Positions 13,901 to 26,930 of a stretch of DNA of 57,495 bases are shown one piece after another. The translations under genes and the position numbers were made by a program. The stretch's first letter is position 1. Every line of letters starts with the position of its first letter. Below the pieces are notes generated by a model. That model searched no databases. It had not been told where the DNA came from and saw only the letters and a list, made by a program, of their open reading frames with translations. The stretch comes from Chiloscyllium plagiosum (Eukaryota): contig NC_057719.1 of assembly GCF_004010195.1 (NCBI RefSeq), positions 90,812,897-90,870,391 on the forward strand, read 5' to 3'.

Positions 13901-14099
13901 ATCTTAGAGGTCTGAGCAGCTATGGTAAGATGTGTACAGAATTGAATGAGAAGTCCCAAGAGGCCTACCTTGATGTTGGGAGCATCTTGCATCAGCTTTT
14001 ATGCTTCAGCCAAGCAGTGAGATGATTTTCTCTTTCAGCAGGTGATTGCCAATTAAAGGGGATTATAGCTTGTGAACTGCACAAAATAAAATATAAGCT

Positions 14100-14260
14100 G
14101 TTCATCAGGAATGAGGGGCTGATGAAGGTTCATTCCTGATGAGGGATCATGCCCAAAACATCGATTTTCCTGCTCCTCAGATGCTGCCTGACCTGCTGTG
14201 CTATTCAAGCACCACACTCTCGATTCTGATCTCCAGCATATGCAGTCCTCACCTTCTCCT
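14100..14260 (+). mobile_element. Penelope-like tail fragment with a short 5' inversion
   Basis: ttcatcaggaatga...tcattcctgatga inverted pair, followed by the same tail seen at 30307, 35335 and 45662. Confidence 0.7.
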
Positions 14261-14305
14261 AATGAAATATTGGTCCTTATTTCAAGGGGGTTAGAATTAA
14301 ATTAG

Positions 14306-14610
14306 AATCCCTACTGTGTGGAAACAAGCCCTTCAGCCCAACTAGTCCACACCAACCTGCTGAAGAATAACCCACCCAGACCCATTCCCCTATCCTATAT
14401 TTTACTCCTGACTAACCCACACATTCCTGAACACTATGGGCAATTTAGTATGGCCAATTCACCTAACCTATAGATCTTTGGATGGTGGGAGGAAACCCAC
14501 ACAGACACTGGGAGAATGTGCAAACTCCACACAGTTGACCAAGGCTGGAATCGAACCCGGCTGCCTGGCGCTGTGAGGCAGCAGTGTTAACCACTGAGTC
14601 ACCGTGCTGC
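14306..14610 (-). mobile_element. tRNA-derived SINE (HE1/V-SINE-like)
   Basis: Minus strand has the A box TGACTCAGTGG and B box GGTTCGATTCC, the 'tgtgtggagtttgcacattctccc' core and a CR1-like tail. Confidence 0.85.
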
Positions 14611-14719
14611 TCTGACAGCAGTTGGAGTATATGGGGAGGGAAGTCTTACTGCTACTGCACAAGGTGCTGGTGAGACCACATATGGAGCAATTTTGGTCCC
14701 TCTGTATAACAGAAGATAT

Positions 14720-15420
14720 CCATCCCATTCGCCTGGTTTCTTTACATCTGTCACATCCCTTCTGATGATGCCTCTTTCTCCAGGGTGCCTCAGAAATCCC
14801 CACCTTTCTCCCCTCAACTGAGGATTGCCCACTTTGATGGTTGGCAGGACCTCAGCCGTGTCTGACCCTTTCTCTTCCCTCTCACAATAATGATAGGCTC
14901 CCCGGTCCTCACTTTCCACCCACTAGTATCCTCATCCAAAGAATCATAAGTTGCCATTTCTGCTCCAGCAAAATGCCACCACCAAGTACATATACGCCTC
15001 CCCTACCTTGTCAGCATTCTGCAGCGACTGTTCCCTCCGGGACATACTGGTCCACTCCTAATACCTCCCAAATCCCAAAGCACCTGCCCATTTGCTTCCT
15101 CCCTCCTAACTATCCAAAGTCCCAAAAACACTTTCCAGATGAACAGCGATTTTGCCTGCACTCCACTCAATCTAGTCTACTGTGTTCACAGTTCACAATA
15201 TGATGGTTTCTGCGTTAGGGAGATGGAACGCAAACTGGGTGACTGCTTTAAGGACCACCTGCGTCCTGTCTGTAAAAATGACCCTGAGCTCCTAGTTGTT
15301 CTGTGACCAACATCTCTGCCTCCAATGAAGCTCTGCAAGCTGAAAGAACAGCATCTTATTTTCTGTTGGTGACCTTGCAGCACTCAAGGTATTGAGTTCA
15401 ATAATTTTAGAACCTGAACA
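14720..15420 (+). mobile_element. Degenerate Penelope-like fragment
   Basis: 'LVYCVHSSQYDGFCVREMERKLG' is a decayed GIY-YIG; similar to 5700-6530. Confidence 0.6.
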
Positions 15421-15480
15421 CCTTCTTCCATGTCTTTTAACCAAGCCATACCCCACACCCTGTAATGGCATGTGCTGCTT

Positions 15481-17160
15481 TCATAGAGTCATACAGCATA
15501 GAAACAGACCTTTCGATCCAACCAGTCCATGCCGAACATAATCCCAATCTAAACTAGTCCCACCTGCCTGCTGCTGGCTCATATCCCTTTGAACATTTTT
15601 TATTCATGTACTTATCCAAATGTCTTTTACATGTTGTAACTGTGCCCACATCTCCCACCTCATGAAGTTCATTCCCCATGCAAATCATTAAAATAAAATT
15701 TGCCTGTCATGTCTTTTTAAAATCTCTCTCCTCTCATCTTAAAAATATGCTTCCTATTCTTGAAATCACCCATCCAAGGGATAAGACAATACCATTAACT
15801 CTATCTATATCTCTCATTATTTTATAAACATCTATCAGATCACCTCTCAATCTCCTATAATCCAGTGAAAAAAGTCCCAGCCTTTTTTTTAATAACTGAT
15901 ACCTTCCATTCCCAGCAACATCCTGGTAAATCTCTTCTGAACCCTTTCCAGCTTAACAATATCCTTCCTACAATTGGGAGACCAGAACTGGACACAATAT
16001 TCCAGAAGAGGCCTCATCAATGTCCTATACAACCTCAACATGACTTCCCAACTCCTACGCTCAGAGATGCAATGAAGGCAAGTATGCCAAATGCCTTCTT
16101 ACCCACCCTATCTATATGTGACACAATTACCAGTTCCCTCTGTTCTACAAGACTACCCAAGGCCCCACCGTTAATTATATAAGCTCTACTCCTGTTTGTT
16201 ATACCAAAATGCAGTAACTCGCATCTATCTAGATTGAGTGCCATCTGCCATTTTTCAGCCTATTGACCCATTTTTTGAAGATCCCTTTGTAATCTTAGAA
16301 AGTCTTCTTCACCGTCTACTATGCCACCAATTTTGGTGTCATCCACGCACCTACTAACCATGCCTTCTATATTCTCATCCAAATCATTTATATAAATGAA
16401 AACAAAAGAGGACCCAGAACTGATCCCTGTGGAACATCACTGGTGACAGATCTCCAGTCCGAAAAACAACTCTCCACCACTGCTCTCTGTCTCCGGCCGT
16501 TAAGCCAATTATCCAATTGGTAAGCTTACCCTGAATCCCATGTGACCTAACTTTACTAATTAGTCTACCATGCGGAACCTTGTCGAAGGCTTTACTAAAA
16601 TCCAAATAAACAACATCTACTGCTGTTGTCATCTATCTTTCGGTAACTTCTTCAAAAAACTCAATCAAGTTTGTGAGACACTATTTTCCATCGCACAAAA
16701 CCATGCTGACTATCCCGAATCAATTTTTGCCTCTGTAAATGTCCATAAATCCTATCATTTATAATCACCTCAACAATTTACCCTCAATGGAAGTCAGACT
16801 CGCAGGTCTACAGTTTTCCGATTTCTCCTTACACCCTTTCTTAAGCAAAGGTACAATATTTCGAGGGATATGGGACAAGTGCTGGCAAATGGGACTAGAA
16901 TAGACTAGGGTATCTGGTCGGCATGGACGGGTTGGACCAAAAGGTCTGTTTCCGTGCTGTACATCTCTGACTCTCTGACTCTATTAGCCATCCTCCAGTC
17001 ATCAGTGACCTTGCCCGTAGTTGTAGTAGATGCAAATTTTTCTGCAAGGGATCTCACAGTTTCTTCCCTTACTTTCCACAACGTTTTGGGATATTTTAGT
17101 ACAGGATCTAGGCTATTGTCTAAGACCTCCTGAATTTCCTGTTCTGTAATGTGAACTTAC
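15481..17160 (-). mobile_element. CR1 LINE fragment (antisense) with a + strand CR1 3' tail inserted at ~16864-16980
   Basis: ORF 16384..16632(-) 'VDVVYLDFSKAFDKVPH'; tail at 15481-15530. Confidence 0.85.
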
Positions 17161-17214
17161 AGTCCTGCTTTTCTGGCTTACCATTATGTACCCTTTATTT
17201 GCATAAATGTTGTT

Positions 17215-17303
17215 CTCACTCTCTCACTCTCTCTCTCACTCTCTCTCACTCTCTCTCACTCTCTCTCACTCTCTCACTCTCTCTCTCTCTCACTCTCTCT
17301 CTC
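17215..17303. repeat. (CT)n/(CTCTCTCA)n microsatellite
   Basis: Seen directly in the sequence. Confidence 0.9.
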
Positions 17304-18461
17304 GTGTATAGTTAAGGCTGGGATAGATAGATTCTCGATCAGTAGGGAAACGAAGGATTATGGGGACAAATGCTGAAAAGTCAAATTCAGGAATGTTAGC
17401 TTAACCATGATCCTATTTAATGGCAGAGCTGGGTCTGACAGCCTATTCCTGTTCTTATTTCTTCTTCTCTTATGATAGAGCATGACCCTTCATGGGGTGT
17501 GGGTGCAATAGCAGAGGTACAGTGAGTTCAAAATATTCCTATATTGCTGTGCATTCCAGCTGGTACCTAAGAGTGCTCTAACTTGGGTGTCAACTTTGGA
17601 CTAGACTGGCATGGTTCGTTGTTGTAGTCTCTGCTGCTGGTCCTTGGTGAAGAGGATGTCCAGCATGACCTCCATGATTGTGCTCGCAAAGACCGGTGCC
17701 AAGTCTCCCCTGATCTGCCATGTCCAGGTCATAGGTCAGGGCTGTGCTAGACTGATGATGCTTGTCCAGGTGCACAATGGGCTTTTGAAAATGATGTGGG
17801 CACAAAGGATGCTGATATTTTAGTGATGTCTATTGAGTGGAGTGTTACGTGAACAGTGTGTGGTAAGTGAGGCTAGAATTGGATGTAAGGGATACCATAA
17901 GAATGGAGTAGTTAGTTAATGAGGCAGATTGGTCAGATACGATAAGAAAATGCACTGGGCATTTTGGTAAGAAAGCTTCCAAAAAGCACTGCACAACAGT
18001 CAGCCAAGAAAACCCAAGATTCAGCCCCAAATATTTTGAGGAAGTGTGTTCCACATCTCTCGCTCTCAAATTGGTGAACATTGGTTTTTAAACTGTGATC
18101 CTTTGTTTTTGAATTTCATTGGCAATGTTTTCTTGATATGTACCTGGTAAATGTTAATGAAGTGTTGCCTCCTTTGTGGGGGGGGGGGGGGATGGGAACG
18201 ACTTGATAGTTCCACAGACAGCAGACATGAACTCAATGGGCTGAATGGACATTCCTGTGCTGTAAATATCTTAGTATTTATTACATAAAGTATCTAATAA
18301 TGCTGTGGCATAATGGTAGTTGTAGATTAGGTGGAACTGTATTGTTATTGTCTCTCTTTGTGTGATAAAACCATTGATATGCAATACAGACTTCAGTGCA
18401 TGACTGTGAAGTCTAACTTAGAATTAAAGCAGATTGCCTGAATTGCTGTGATCTTTCTCAG

Positions 18462-18641
18462 ATAGACCAACTTGCCAAAGATTGGAAGGACAGATGGAAA
18501 GACACAAAAGCAATCATGGAGGAGTACTATGTGGATATAAACCGAGGAAAAGCAGGAGTGATTGTTGCCTCCCAGTTACCTCATTTAATAGCAGTGGATG
18601 AGGATATATTAAGTACAGGTGTTGCTCTCTACCATCTTAGG
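18462..18641 (+). CDS. STARD9: STARD9 exon: CC1 to pre-FHA (IDQLAKDWKDRWKDTKAIMEEYYVDINRGKAGVIVASQLPHLIAVDEDILSTGVALYHLR)
   Basis: tttctcag| and AGG|gtaagt; 180 nt, phase 0-0; kinesin-3 'W..W' and 'PHL...ED.LS....LY.L' motifs. Confidence 0.95.
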
Positions 18642-19774
18642 GTAAGTTTTAAAATGTTTTTAAGTTGATATAATATTCATTTAATTCCTTCAAAATTACA
18701 TGGATTCATCTGCTAATATTTTCTGGCCTTGTCTGTCTTTCTCAGAGATATCTGTACAAGTTCTCCTGATTAGTAGGTTACCTGCTTCTATGCTTATGTA
18801 CTATAGATTAGTCAGTGGACATTTTCAGTTTTCATGGACTTATTTTGTGCTGCCTTGCCTCATAGTCTTCCTAGCTGTGAATAATTATAAAATTGGGGAC
18901 TTACCATTCCATAGAGAAACAGTTTGCTACATTTTCCAGAGACTCCAATAGCTAAATGGCTAAGGTTCACAGTGAGGAGGACTAACAATTTGAGAAGAAT
19001 AAAGTGTAAGACTGGTCAATTGAGAACTAATAATTAGCTGACTGCAAGCATTTGTTTTTTTGAAAGCAGCATATTGTAAAAGAAGGTAAAGACTGAGGGA
19101 TGAAGAGAGTGTTCCAGTTCAGCAAAGGTTTTAACTCCATAGATGGACTCGTTTCATGTAGAGAAAACACTGCAACGCTTTGAATTACAGATTTGATAAA
19201 TACCCCTTAATTATTAGTGCCTTGCCTTCAGGAGATCATATAAAACCAACACATTGTTACAGCATAGAGGGAGGCTATTCAGCCCATTTGATCTGCACAT
19301 GCTCCCTATTGGCTAAATTGACCTAGAGCCACACCCCCATCCTCTCCCTGTAAATATTTCCTCTTCAGATAATATTCCAATTGCCTCTTGAAGGTCTCGA
19401 TTAAACCTGTCTCCACACACACTCAGGCAGTGCATTACAGATCCTAACCATACTCTGTGTGAAAATATTTCTCCTCATCGCCATTGATTCTTTTGTCAGT
19501 TAACTTCAGTCCTGCCCTTTTGTTCTTAATCCTTCCACCAATGAGAAGCTTCTCCAATGAAGCATCTTAGGACCTTGGCGAATGTCAGAACAAATAGTCT
19601 GTTTTATAACCAATAAGATTTAGATTGCAAAATCTAAAGTATACTGAGCTAAATCTAAACCTGAATGTAATGATCACGACAAGGTCAGCAAGTGGACCTC
19701 ATCAAATATGAGTTCCCTAATTGGGGCTGTTGGTCTGGTTCAATCAGGGAGCCTTGGATGACAGGTGAGTATAG

Positions 19775-20067
19775 GCGGCATGCTGGCTCAGTGGTTAGCA
19801 CTGCTGCCTCAATGTCCCAGGTTCGATTCAAGCTTTAGGCGACTGCCTGTGTGGAGTTTGCACATTCTCCCTGTGTCTGTGTGGGTTTCCTCCGGGTGCT
19901 CCAGTTTCCTCCCACAGGTCAGGTGAATTGACCATGCTAAATTGCCCATCGTCACAGGTGCATTAGTGAGAGGGAAATGGGTCTGGGTGGGTTACTCTTC
20001 GGAGGGTCAGTGTGGACCTGTTGGGCCAAAGGGCCTGTTTCCACATTGTAGGGAATCTAATCTAATC
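19775..20067 (+). mobile_element. tRNA-derived SINE (HE1-like)
   Basis: TGGCTCAGTGG...GGTTCGATTC boxes, V-SINE core, (aatct)n tail, short ATAGG duplication. Confidence 0.85.
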
Positions 20068-20421
20068 AATAGGTGTGTCAGACATTTTGTTCACTCTGAG
20101 AGTTGTCTCCAAGGGAGCTGGATCAGTAGCAAGTTCTCTCCAAGTGGAAATAAAAAGTGATTTAGTGGTGGGATACCAGCCTCTATGGAGTTATTTCAAA
20201 CAGAGTGGTAATAGAAAAGGAAATGGGGGAAAAATAGAGTGAAATCAGTTATAGAAAGAGAAAAGGTGGAGAGCAAAGGATGTGGAAAAAAATATGTTGG
20301 TATTTAAAATTGTGTTTAACAATCTCCAACAACTATTCTCTACCTGGAGGAACAAAACTGCATTTAATTCAATTCTGGTGAGAATTTGATGGACAATTAC
20401 TATCATAAAGCATATTATATA

Positions 20422-20732
20422 TGGGGCGGCATGGTGGCTCAGTGGGTAGAACTGTTGCCTCACAGCACCAGGGATTTGGGTTTGATTCCATCCTCAGGTG
20501 ACTGTCTGTGTAGAGTTTGCATATTCTCCCCACGTTTGCATGAGTTTCCTCTCTGTGCTCCAGTTTCCTTTCACAATCCAAAGATGCGCAGGCTGGATGG
20601 ATTGGCCATGGGAAATGCAGAGTCACAGGGATAAAGTGAAGGGTGGATCTGGGTGGTATGCTCTTCGGAGGGTTGGTGTGGATGCGATGGGCAGAACAGT
20701 GGCATCATTATTCTACAATAAGGATTCTATGA
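20422..20732 (+). mobile_element. tRNA-derived SINE (HE1-like)
   Basis: TGGCTCAGTGG / GGTTTGATTCC boxes, conserved core and ggattctatg tail. Confidence 0.8.
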
Positions 20733-21239
20733 CCATATACTGGACTTCATTTTATTTTGTCATTAAATTTAACACAGTGTGCAAAGGCAACAACTGCATA
20801 AAAGAGATTGGAAAATTAAGTATAAGATGTTATTTCTGTGAACCTAACAACAAAGTATTATCTTATGGTCTTTTGCAATTTACAGAATAGCTCACAGTAC
20901 AAATTGCTGGTTGATTTTTATGTGAATAATTATTTGTGAAATGGCTGTTAATTTTTCCCAATTCTTCAGATAAATCAGCTAAATGTTTGACTTTAAGACT
21001 TTTAGAACTCCTAAATCTTAATCTATAATAGTAAGGTGAGGCGAGTGCATTTTTTTTAAAGTTTATACTGTGAACTGTCTCTTGATTGACATTTAATATG
21101 GATTGGTCCTAAGTTATCTCAGACCAGTGTTTTTGAACGGTAAGACTGTGCTCATGCTGCATATTTTAACAAACTGTGTCGTGTTTGTTTTTGGATAACT
21201 TCTGGGTAAATTGTTAAACAAACAGATAAGTCCTTTACT

Positions 21240-24200
21240 AGTGTGATGTGCTCTTCCTGTCATTCATGGGAGATCAGGGAGAATTTGAATGTTCCTGGAG
21301 ACTATGTCTGCAAATCCTATCGGATGGCATGGATTGGTTGGAGCGGCAGTTAGATGCAATGAGGAATTTACAAGAGCTAAGGTGTGTGATGAATGGCAGT
21401 TACAGGAAGATGGAGACACTGCAGATACAGTTAGGTAGATGGTTGACCACTAGTAATGGTAGGAGAGGTATCTAGGTGGTCCAGGAGTCTTCTGTGACAA
21501 CCCCCATCTCAAACAGAAATGTCACTTTGGATACTTTAGGGGGATGGTCTCTCAGGGGAGTATAGCACTGTCAAGCAGGGTTTCTGGTTCCATGACTGAC
21601 TCTGCTGAAATGAGGGCTATGTCATTATAATAGGAGCCTCTTGAGTCTGGGGGAAAAAAACAGATATTTATGTGGCTGTCAGCACGACTTCAGAATGGTG
21701 TGTTGCCTCCCTGGTGGCAGGGTCAAGATGCCTCGGAGAGGGTGTAGAATATTCTGAAAGAGGAGAGTGACAAGCAGGAGGTCCTTGTGCACGTTGGTAC
21801 CGTTGACACAGATAGGGAAAGGAATGAGATTCTACAGAGACATTATAAGAAACTAGGCAAGAGGTTAAAAAATAGATCCCTGAGAGTTGTAATATCTGGA
21901 CTGTAATACCGGTGCCATATGCTGGTGAGACTATGAATAGGAGGATAGAGCAGATATGGCTGAGGAGCTGGTGCAAGGAGCAAGGATTCACATTTTTGGA
22001 CCATTACGATCTCTTCAAGGGTAGAAATGACCTCTATAAGAGAGATATATTCTACCTGAATTGGAAGAGGATCAAGATCCTTGCAGCGTGATTTGCTAGT
22101 GCTACTCAGGAGACTTCAAACTAGTAAGGATTGGGAGTGGGAGCAAAGCGATAGTGAGAAAAGAATTAGCATGAGAATTAGAGTTAAGTTTTATTGTCAT
22201 GAGGAAAAGCTGAGAATGGTGTAGTAGATAAGGGGAGCAAGTCAAGACAGACAAAAGCTTGGCAGAGAGCAAAGTAAGATAGATAAATTAAACTGCATTT
22301 ACTTAATTGCAAGGGGACTGACAGGTAGGGCAGATGAATTTAGGGCATGGTTGGAAAGATGGGACTAGGATATTATGGCCTATACAGAAATGTGGCTCGG
22401 GTAACTAGGACTGACAGCTTAACGTTTGAGGTATCAAGGGAGAAAGATAGGAGGGGGATTGGTGTTTTTAGTTAGGGATAACATAATGGCTATAAGGGAA
22501 GATATTTCTCGGAAATTGTCAAGTGACATTATACGGGTTGAAATGAGAAATAAGAAAGTTATGANNNNNNNNNNNNNNNNNNNNNNNNNNNNNNNNNNNN
22601 NNNNNNNNNNNNNNNNNNNNNNNNNNNNNNNNNNNNNNNNNNNNNNNNNNNNNNNNNNNNNNNNNNNNNNNNNNNNNNNNNNNNNNNNNNNNNNNNNNNN
22701 NNNNNNNNNNNNNNNNNNNNNNNNNNNNNNNNNNNNNNNNNNNNNNNNNNNNNNNNNNNNNNNNNNNNNNNNNNNNNNNNNNNNNNNNNNNNNNNNNNNN
22801 NNNNNNNNNNNNNNNNNNNNNNNNNNNNNNNNNNNNNNNNNNNNNNNNNNNNNNNNNNNNNNNNNNNNNNNNNNNNNNNNNNNNNNNNNNNNNNNNNNNN
22901 NNNNNNNNNNNNNNNNNNNNNNNNNNNNNNNNNNNNNNNNNNNNNNNNNNNNNNNNNNNNNNNNNNNNNNNNNNNNNNNNNNNNNNNNNNNNNNNNNNNN
23001 NNNNNNNNNNNNNNNNNNNNNNNNNNNNNNNNNNNNNNNNNNNNNNNNNNNNNNNNNNNNNNNNAAGGATAGACCTGTTCTAATAGTTAAAGTTCTAAAT
23101 TGAGGTAAGGCCAATTTTGAATGAAACATTCAAAAGTTGATTCATGGAGGCTATTTGTAAGTAAAGGGATGGTTGAGAAGTGAGAGGCCTTTAACAATGA
23201 GATAACAAGAGTTCAGAGACAGTATCTTCCTGTTAGTGTGAAGGGCAAGCCCGGTTGGTGTAGGAATGCTGGATTACTGGAAAAATTGAGGCTGTGATCA
23301 AGAAAAAGAACAAGTCATATGTCAAGTATAGACTTAAAAGATGAACGTTGTCTGAGGGTGGTACCACAGGAAATGTGTGAGATGCTAAGCAAATGTGTCA
23401 TCAGTATTTAATATGGTGCAGAGCATGGAAGCTAGGGAACTTGGGGAAATAAACAGTGATGCTTTGAAAAGAGTTCATATTACAGAAGAGGAGTTCTTAA
23501 AATGTGTAACGTTTGATAAATCCTTGAGACCTGATCAGGTGTTTCCCAGAACTTTGTGGGAAGCTGGGTCCCTTGCTGAGAGTTTGTATCATCGACAGCC
23601 GGAATATTATAGGTGCATAGGTTGTTGAGAGTGGAGATTCAGGTAGCCAGGTGGTGAAGGATGGCCTTTGGTATGCTTGCCTTCATTCGTCAGAACATTG
23701 AGTAGAGGAGTTGGGAATGTCATGTTGCACCTGTAATATCGTGGCTAAAAGCCAGGGAACTATAGACTGGTGAGCCTTACATCAGAGGTGGGTAACTGTT
23801 GGAGGGGTTTTGAGTGACAAGGCTTTTATGCATTGGGAAAGACAAAGACTGATAGTCAACATGGCTTTGTGCGTGGGAAATCGAGTCTCTAACTTGATTG
23901 AGGTTTTTGAAGAGGTGACAAAGAAGATTGATGAAGGCAGAGCGGTAGTGTCTATGTGACTTTCAGCAAAGTATTTAACAAGATTCTGCGTGGTAGACTG
24001 GTTAGTAAAATTAGATCATATGGCATCCAGATGGAGCTAGCCAATTGGATACAAAATTGGCTTGAAGGTAGGAGACAGTGTGTGGTCGTAGAGGATTGTT
24101 TTTTGAACTGGAGGCTTGTGACCAGCAGTGATCAGTGCTGGGAATACTGCTTTACGTCATTTATATAAATGATTTGGATTTGAATATAGGAGGTATGGTT

Positions 24201-25100
24201 AGTAAGTTTGCAGATGACACCAAAATAGGTGGTGTAATAGACCGTGAAGAAGATTATCTCGGAGTACAATGACACCTTGATCAGATGGGCCAATGGGCTG
24301 AGGAGTGGCAGATGGAGTTTAATTTAGATACATGTGAGGGGTTGCATTTTGGGTCAGACAAACCAAGACAGGACTTACACAGTTAAACGATGCCGAACAA
24401 ATAAACCAAGGGGTGTAGGTGCATAGGTCCTTGAAAGTGGAGATGCATGTAGCCAGGATGGTGAAGGAAGACCTTTGGTATGCTTGCCTTTATTGGTCAG
24501 AACATTGAGTAAAGGAGTTGGGATGTCATGTTGCACCTGTAAAAGACATTGGTGAGGCCAATTTTATAATACTGCATACAATTCTGGTCGCCCTTCTATA
24601 GGAATGATATTGTTAAGCATGAGAGGGTGCAGAAAAGATTACAAGAATGCTACTGCAACAGGAGGGTTTGAGTTATAGGGAGAGGCTGAATAGGCTGGGG
24701 CTTGTTTTCCCTGGAGCATTGGAAGCTGAAGATAGACCTTATAGAGATCTATAAAACCATGAGGGACAAGGATAGGGTGAACAGCCAAAGTCTTTTCCCT
24801 GGGGTGGGAGGAGTCCAAGACAAGAGGGCGTAGATTTAAGGTGAGAGGGAAACGATTTGAAAAGGACCTGAGGGATAATTTTTTTTCTCACACAGGATGA
24901 TGCATGTATGAAACAAGCTGCTCGAGGAAGTGGTGGAGGCTTTCATAATTAAAAGGCATCTGGATCGGTATATGAATAGAAAAGGTTTAGAGAGATGGGC
25001 TAAATGTTGGAAAATGGGGCTAGGTCAGATTGGGATGACTGGTCGGCGCAGACGAGTTGGACCATAGGGTCTTGTTTCCATGCTGTTTGACTCAATGACT
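21240..25100 (+). mobile_element. Near full-length decayed CR1 LINE (ORF1 esterase-like region, APE endonuclease, RT, 3' tail) spanning the assembly gap
   Basis: ORF1-like 'MVCCLPG', 'VLVHVGT'; APE 'GGGLVFLVR'; RT 'FSKVFNKI', 'KFADD'; many stops and frameshifts. Confidence 0.8.
22565..23064. other. Assembly gap (500 N)
   Basis: Run of N. Confidence 1.
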
Positions 25101-25249
25101 GTAAATAGAAAATACCATATCAATGCAGATACAGTAAAACTAATTCTGTTGTGAGCAATACACAGACTGGTTCCTTGACCATTCAGAAAGGATAGGTAGA
25201 ACAATGCACCTAATTGAGCAATGAAGGAACTCTCTTTAAAAGGACCCTG

Positions 25250-26200
25250 ACAGGGTTTTCAATGTCAGCAGTTGTTGCAATATACAGGATGCTAGTGGAA
25301 GTGTCTTCAAGATCTGAGCGTAGTAGTCAAATTGGCAGGATGTATCCAGTGGTGTGCACAAGGATCTGGGCTAGATCCTCAATTATTCACATTATTTATT
25401 AATGACTTAGATAATGGCATAGAAAGTCATCTATCCATTTTTGCTGATGACACAAAGTTTAATGGCATTGTAGATGATGAAGGCAAAACATTACAAAGGG
25501 ATATTTAGAGACCAAATGACTAGGTGAAACTGTGGTAGACAGAGCTTTGTGTTGCAAGTGTGAAATTATCCATTTTGGAATGAGAAAGGATAGATCATGG
25601 TTCTTTCTAGATGGTGTGAAGTTGAATATAATAGATCTCCAAAGATTCTTGGAGATTCATGTGCATAGATCATTAACATGTTACAATCAAGTGCAGAAAA
25701 TAATCAGGAATGCTAATGGAATTAAGATCTTTACATCTAGAGGATTGGAGTAGAAGGATGCAGAAGTTATGTTGCAGCTATGGAAAAAAATCCTGGTTAT
25801 ACTCCACTTGGAGTACTGTGAGCAGATCTGGGCATCATAAATTAGGAAAGATATTATGGCCTTGGAAGGGGTTACAGTATAAATTTACAGGTATAATACA
25901 CAGATTTCAGGGGTTAAGTTATGAGAAGAGGTTATACAAATTAGGCCTGTTTTCTGTAGAATTTAGAAGGTTAAGGAGATTCCAGAACTAGGGAGCACAG
26001 TTTGGGAATTGGGGACAGATCATTCAGGAGAGTTGTTCGGTTATACTTCACACACAGTGTATTAGAGATTTGGAACTCTTTTCCACATTTTCCTGCAGTT
26101 GTTAATTTTAAATCTGTGATAAATTTTTGTTAAGATAAACGTATTAAGGGATATGGGCCAAAGGTAGGTTTATGGCGTTAAGCCACAGATTAACTGTGAT
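25250..26200 (+). mobile_element. Old CR1 LINE fragment
   Basis: 'IFINDLD...FADDTK' at ~25390-25460; degenerate 3' part. Confidence 0.7.
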
Positions 26201-26269
26201 CAAATACGGCGTATACGTGGGAACACAATCCCTACCTACATCCTCTGGCTCCATTCACAAATTACAACT

Positions 26270-26930
26270 GTGGTCCTTGATGAGTCCAACTGATCCCTTC
26301 TTTATCCTTTCACCCTTAAGGTACCTGTAAAATAACTTAGGATTTTCCTTTATTTTACTTGCCAGTACTCCCCTTGTAGTTCTACTAATCTCCCTTTTTA
26401 GTTTCCTCTTGCACATTCTTTACTCCCGTAGGGTTTCTGCGGTTTTGAGCCCTCAATATCTGTCATAAGCTTCTTTCTTTCTTAATCCAATGCTGTTAAA
26501 TCTCTTGAGATCATGGGTTTGCAGGATTTGGTGGGCTCACCCATTATCTCTGTTGAAACATGTTTGCCCTTTACCATCCATACTTCCTCCTTGACTGCAT
26601 CCCACTGTTCTGTGACAGATTTATCTGAAAGTATCTGAACTTGGTTCACTCTGACCAAATCATTTCTGATCTTATTAAAACCAGCTTTCCCCCAGTTTAG
26701 AACTTTGGCTTCAGGCACATCTTTGACCTTTTCCAAAATGATCTTGAATCTAACGAAGTTATTATTGTTGTCTGCAAAATATTACCCCTCCACTGATACT
26801 TCAACCACTTGTCAACTTTGTAACTATAATTAAGTCCACAGACATCTCCCTTCTTGTAGGGCATTCTGAGTACTGGATTAAAAAGATATCCTGGATGTGT
26901 TTTAAGAATTCTGGACCCTTCAATTACTAT
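26270..26930 (-). mobile_element. CR1 LINE fragment (endonuclease-RT linker)
   Basis: ORF 26482..26736(-) 'MEKVKD...KVLNWGKAGF' parallels 'MEKDRPDLKVEVLNWRKANF' at 37891. Confidence 0.7.

Noticed and set aside
22426..23129. 225/231-aa ORFs
   Set aside because: Artefacts of translating the 500-N gap.
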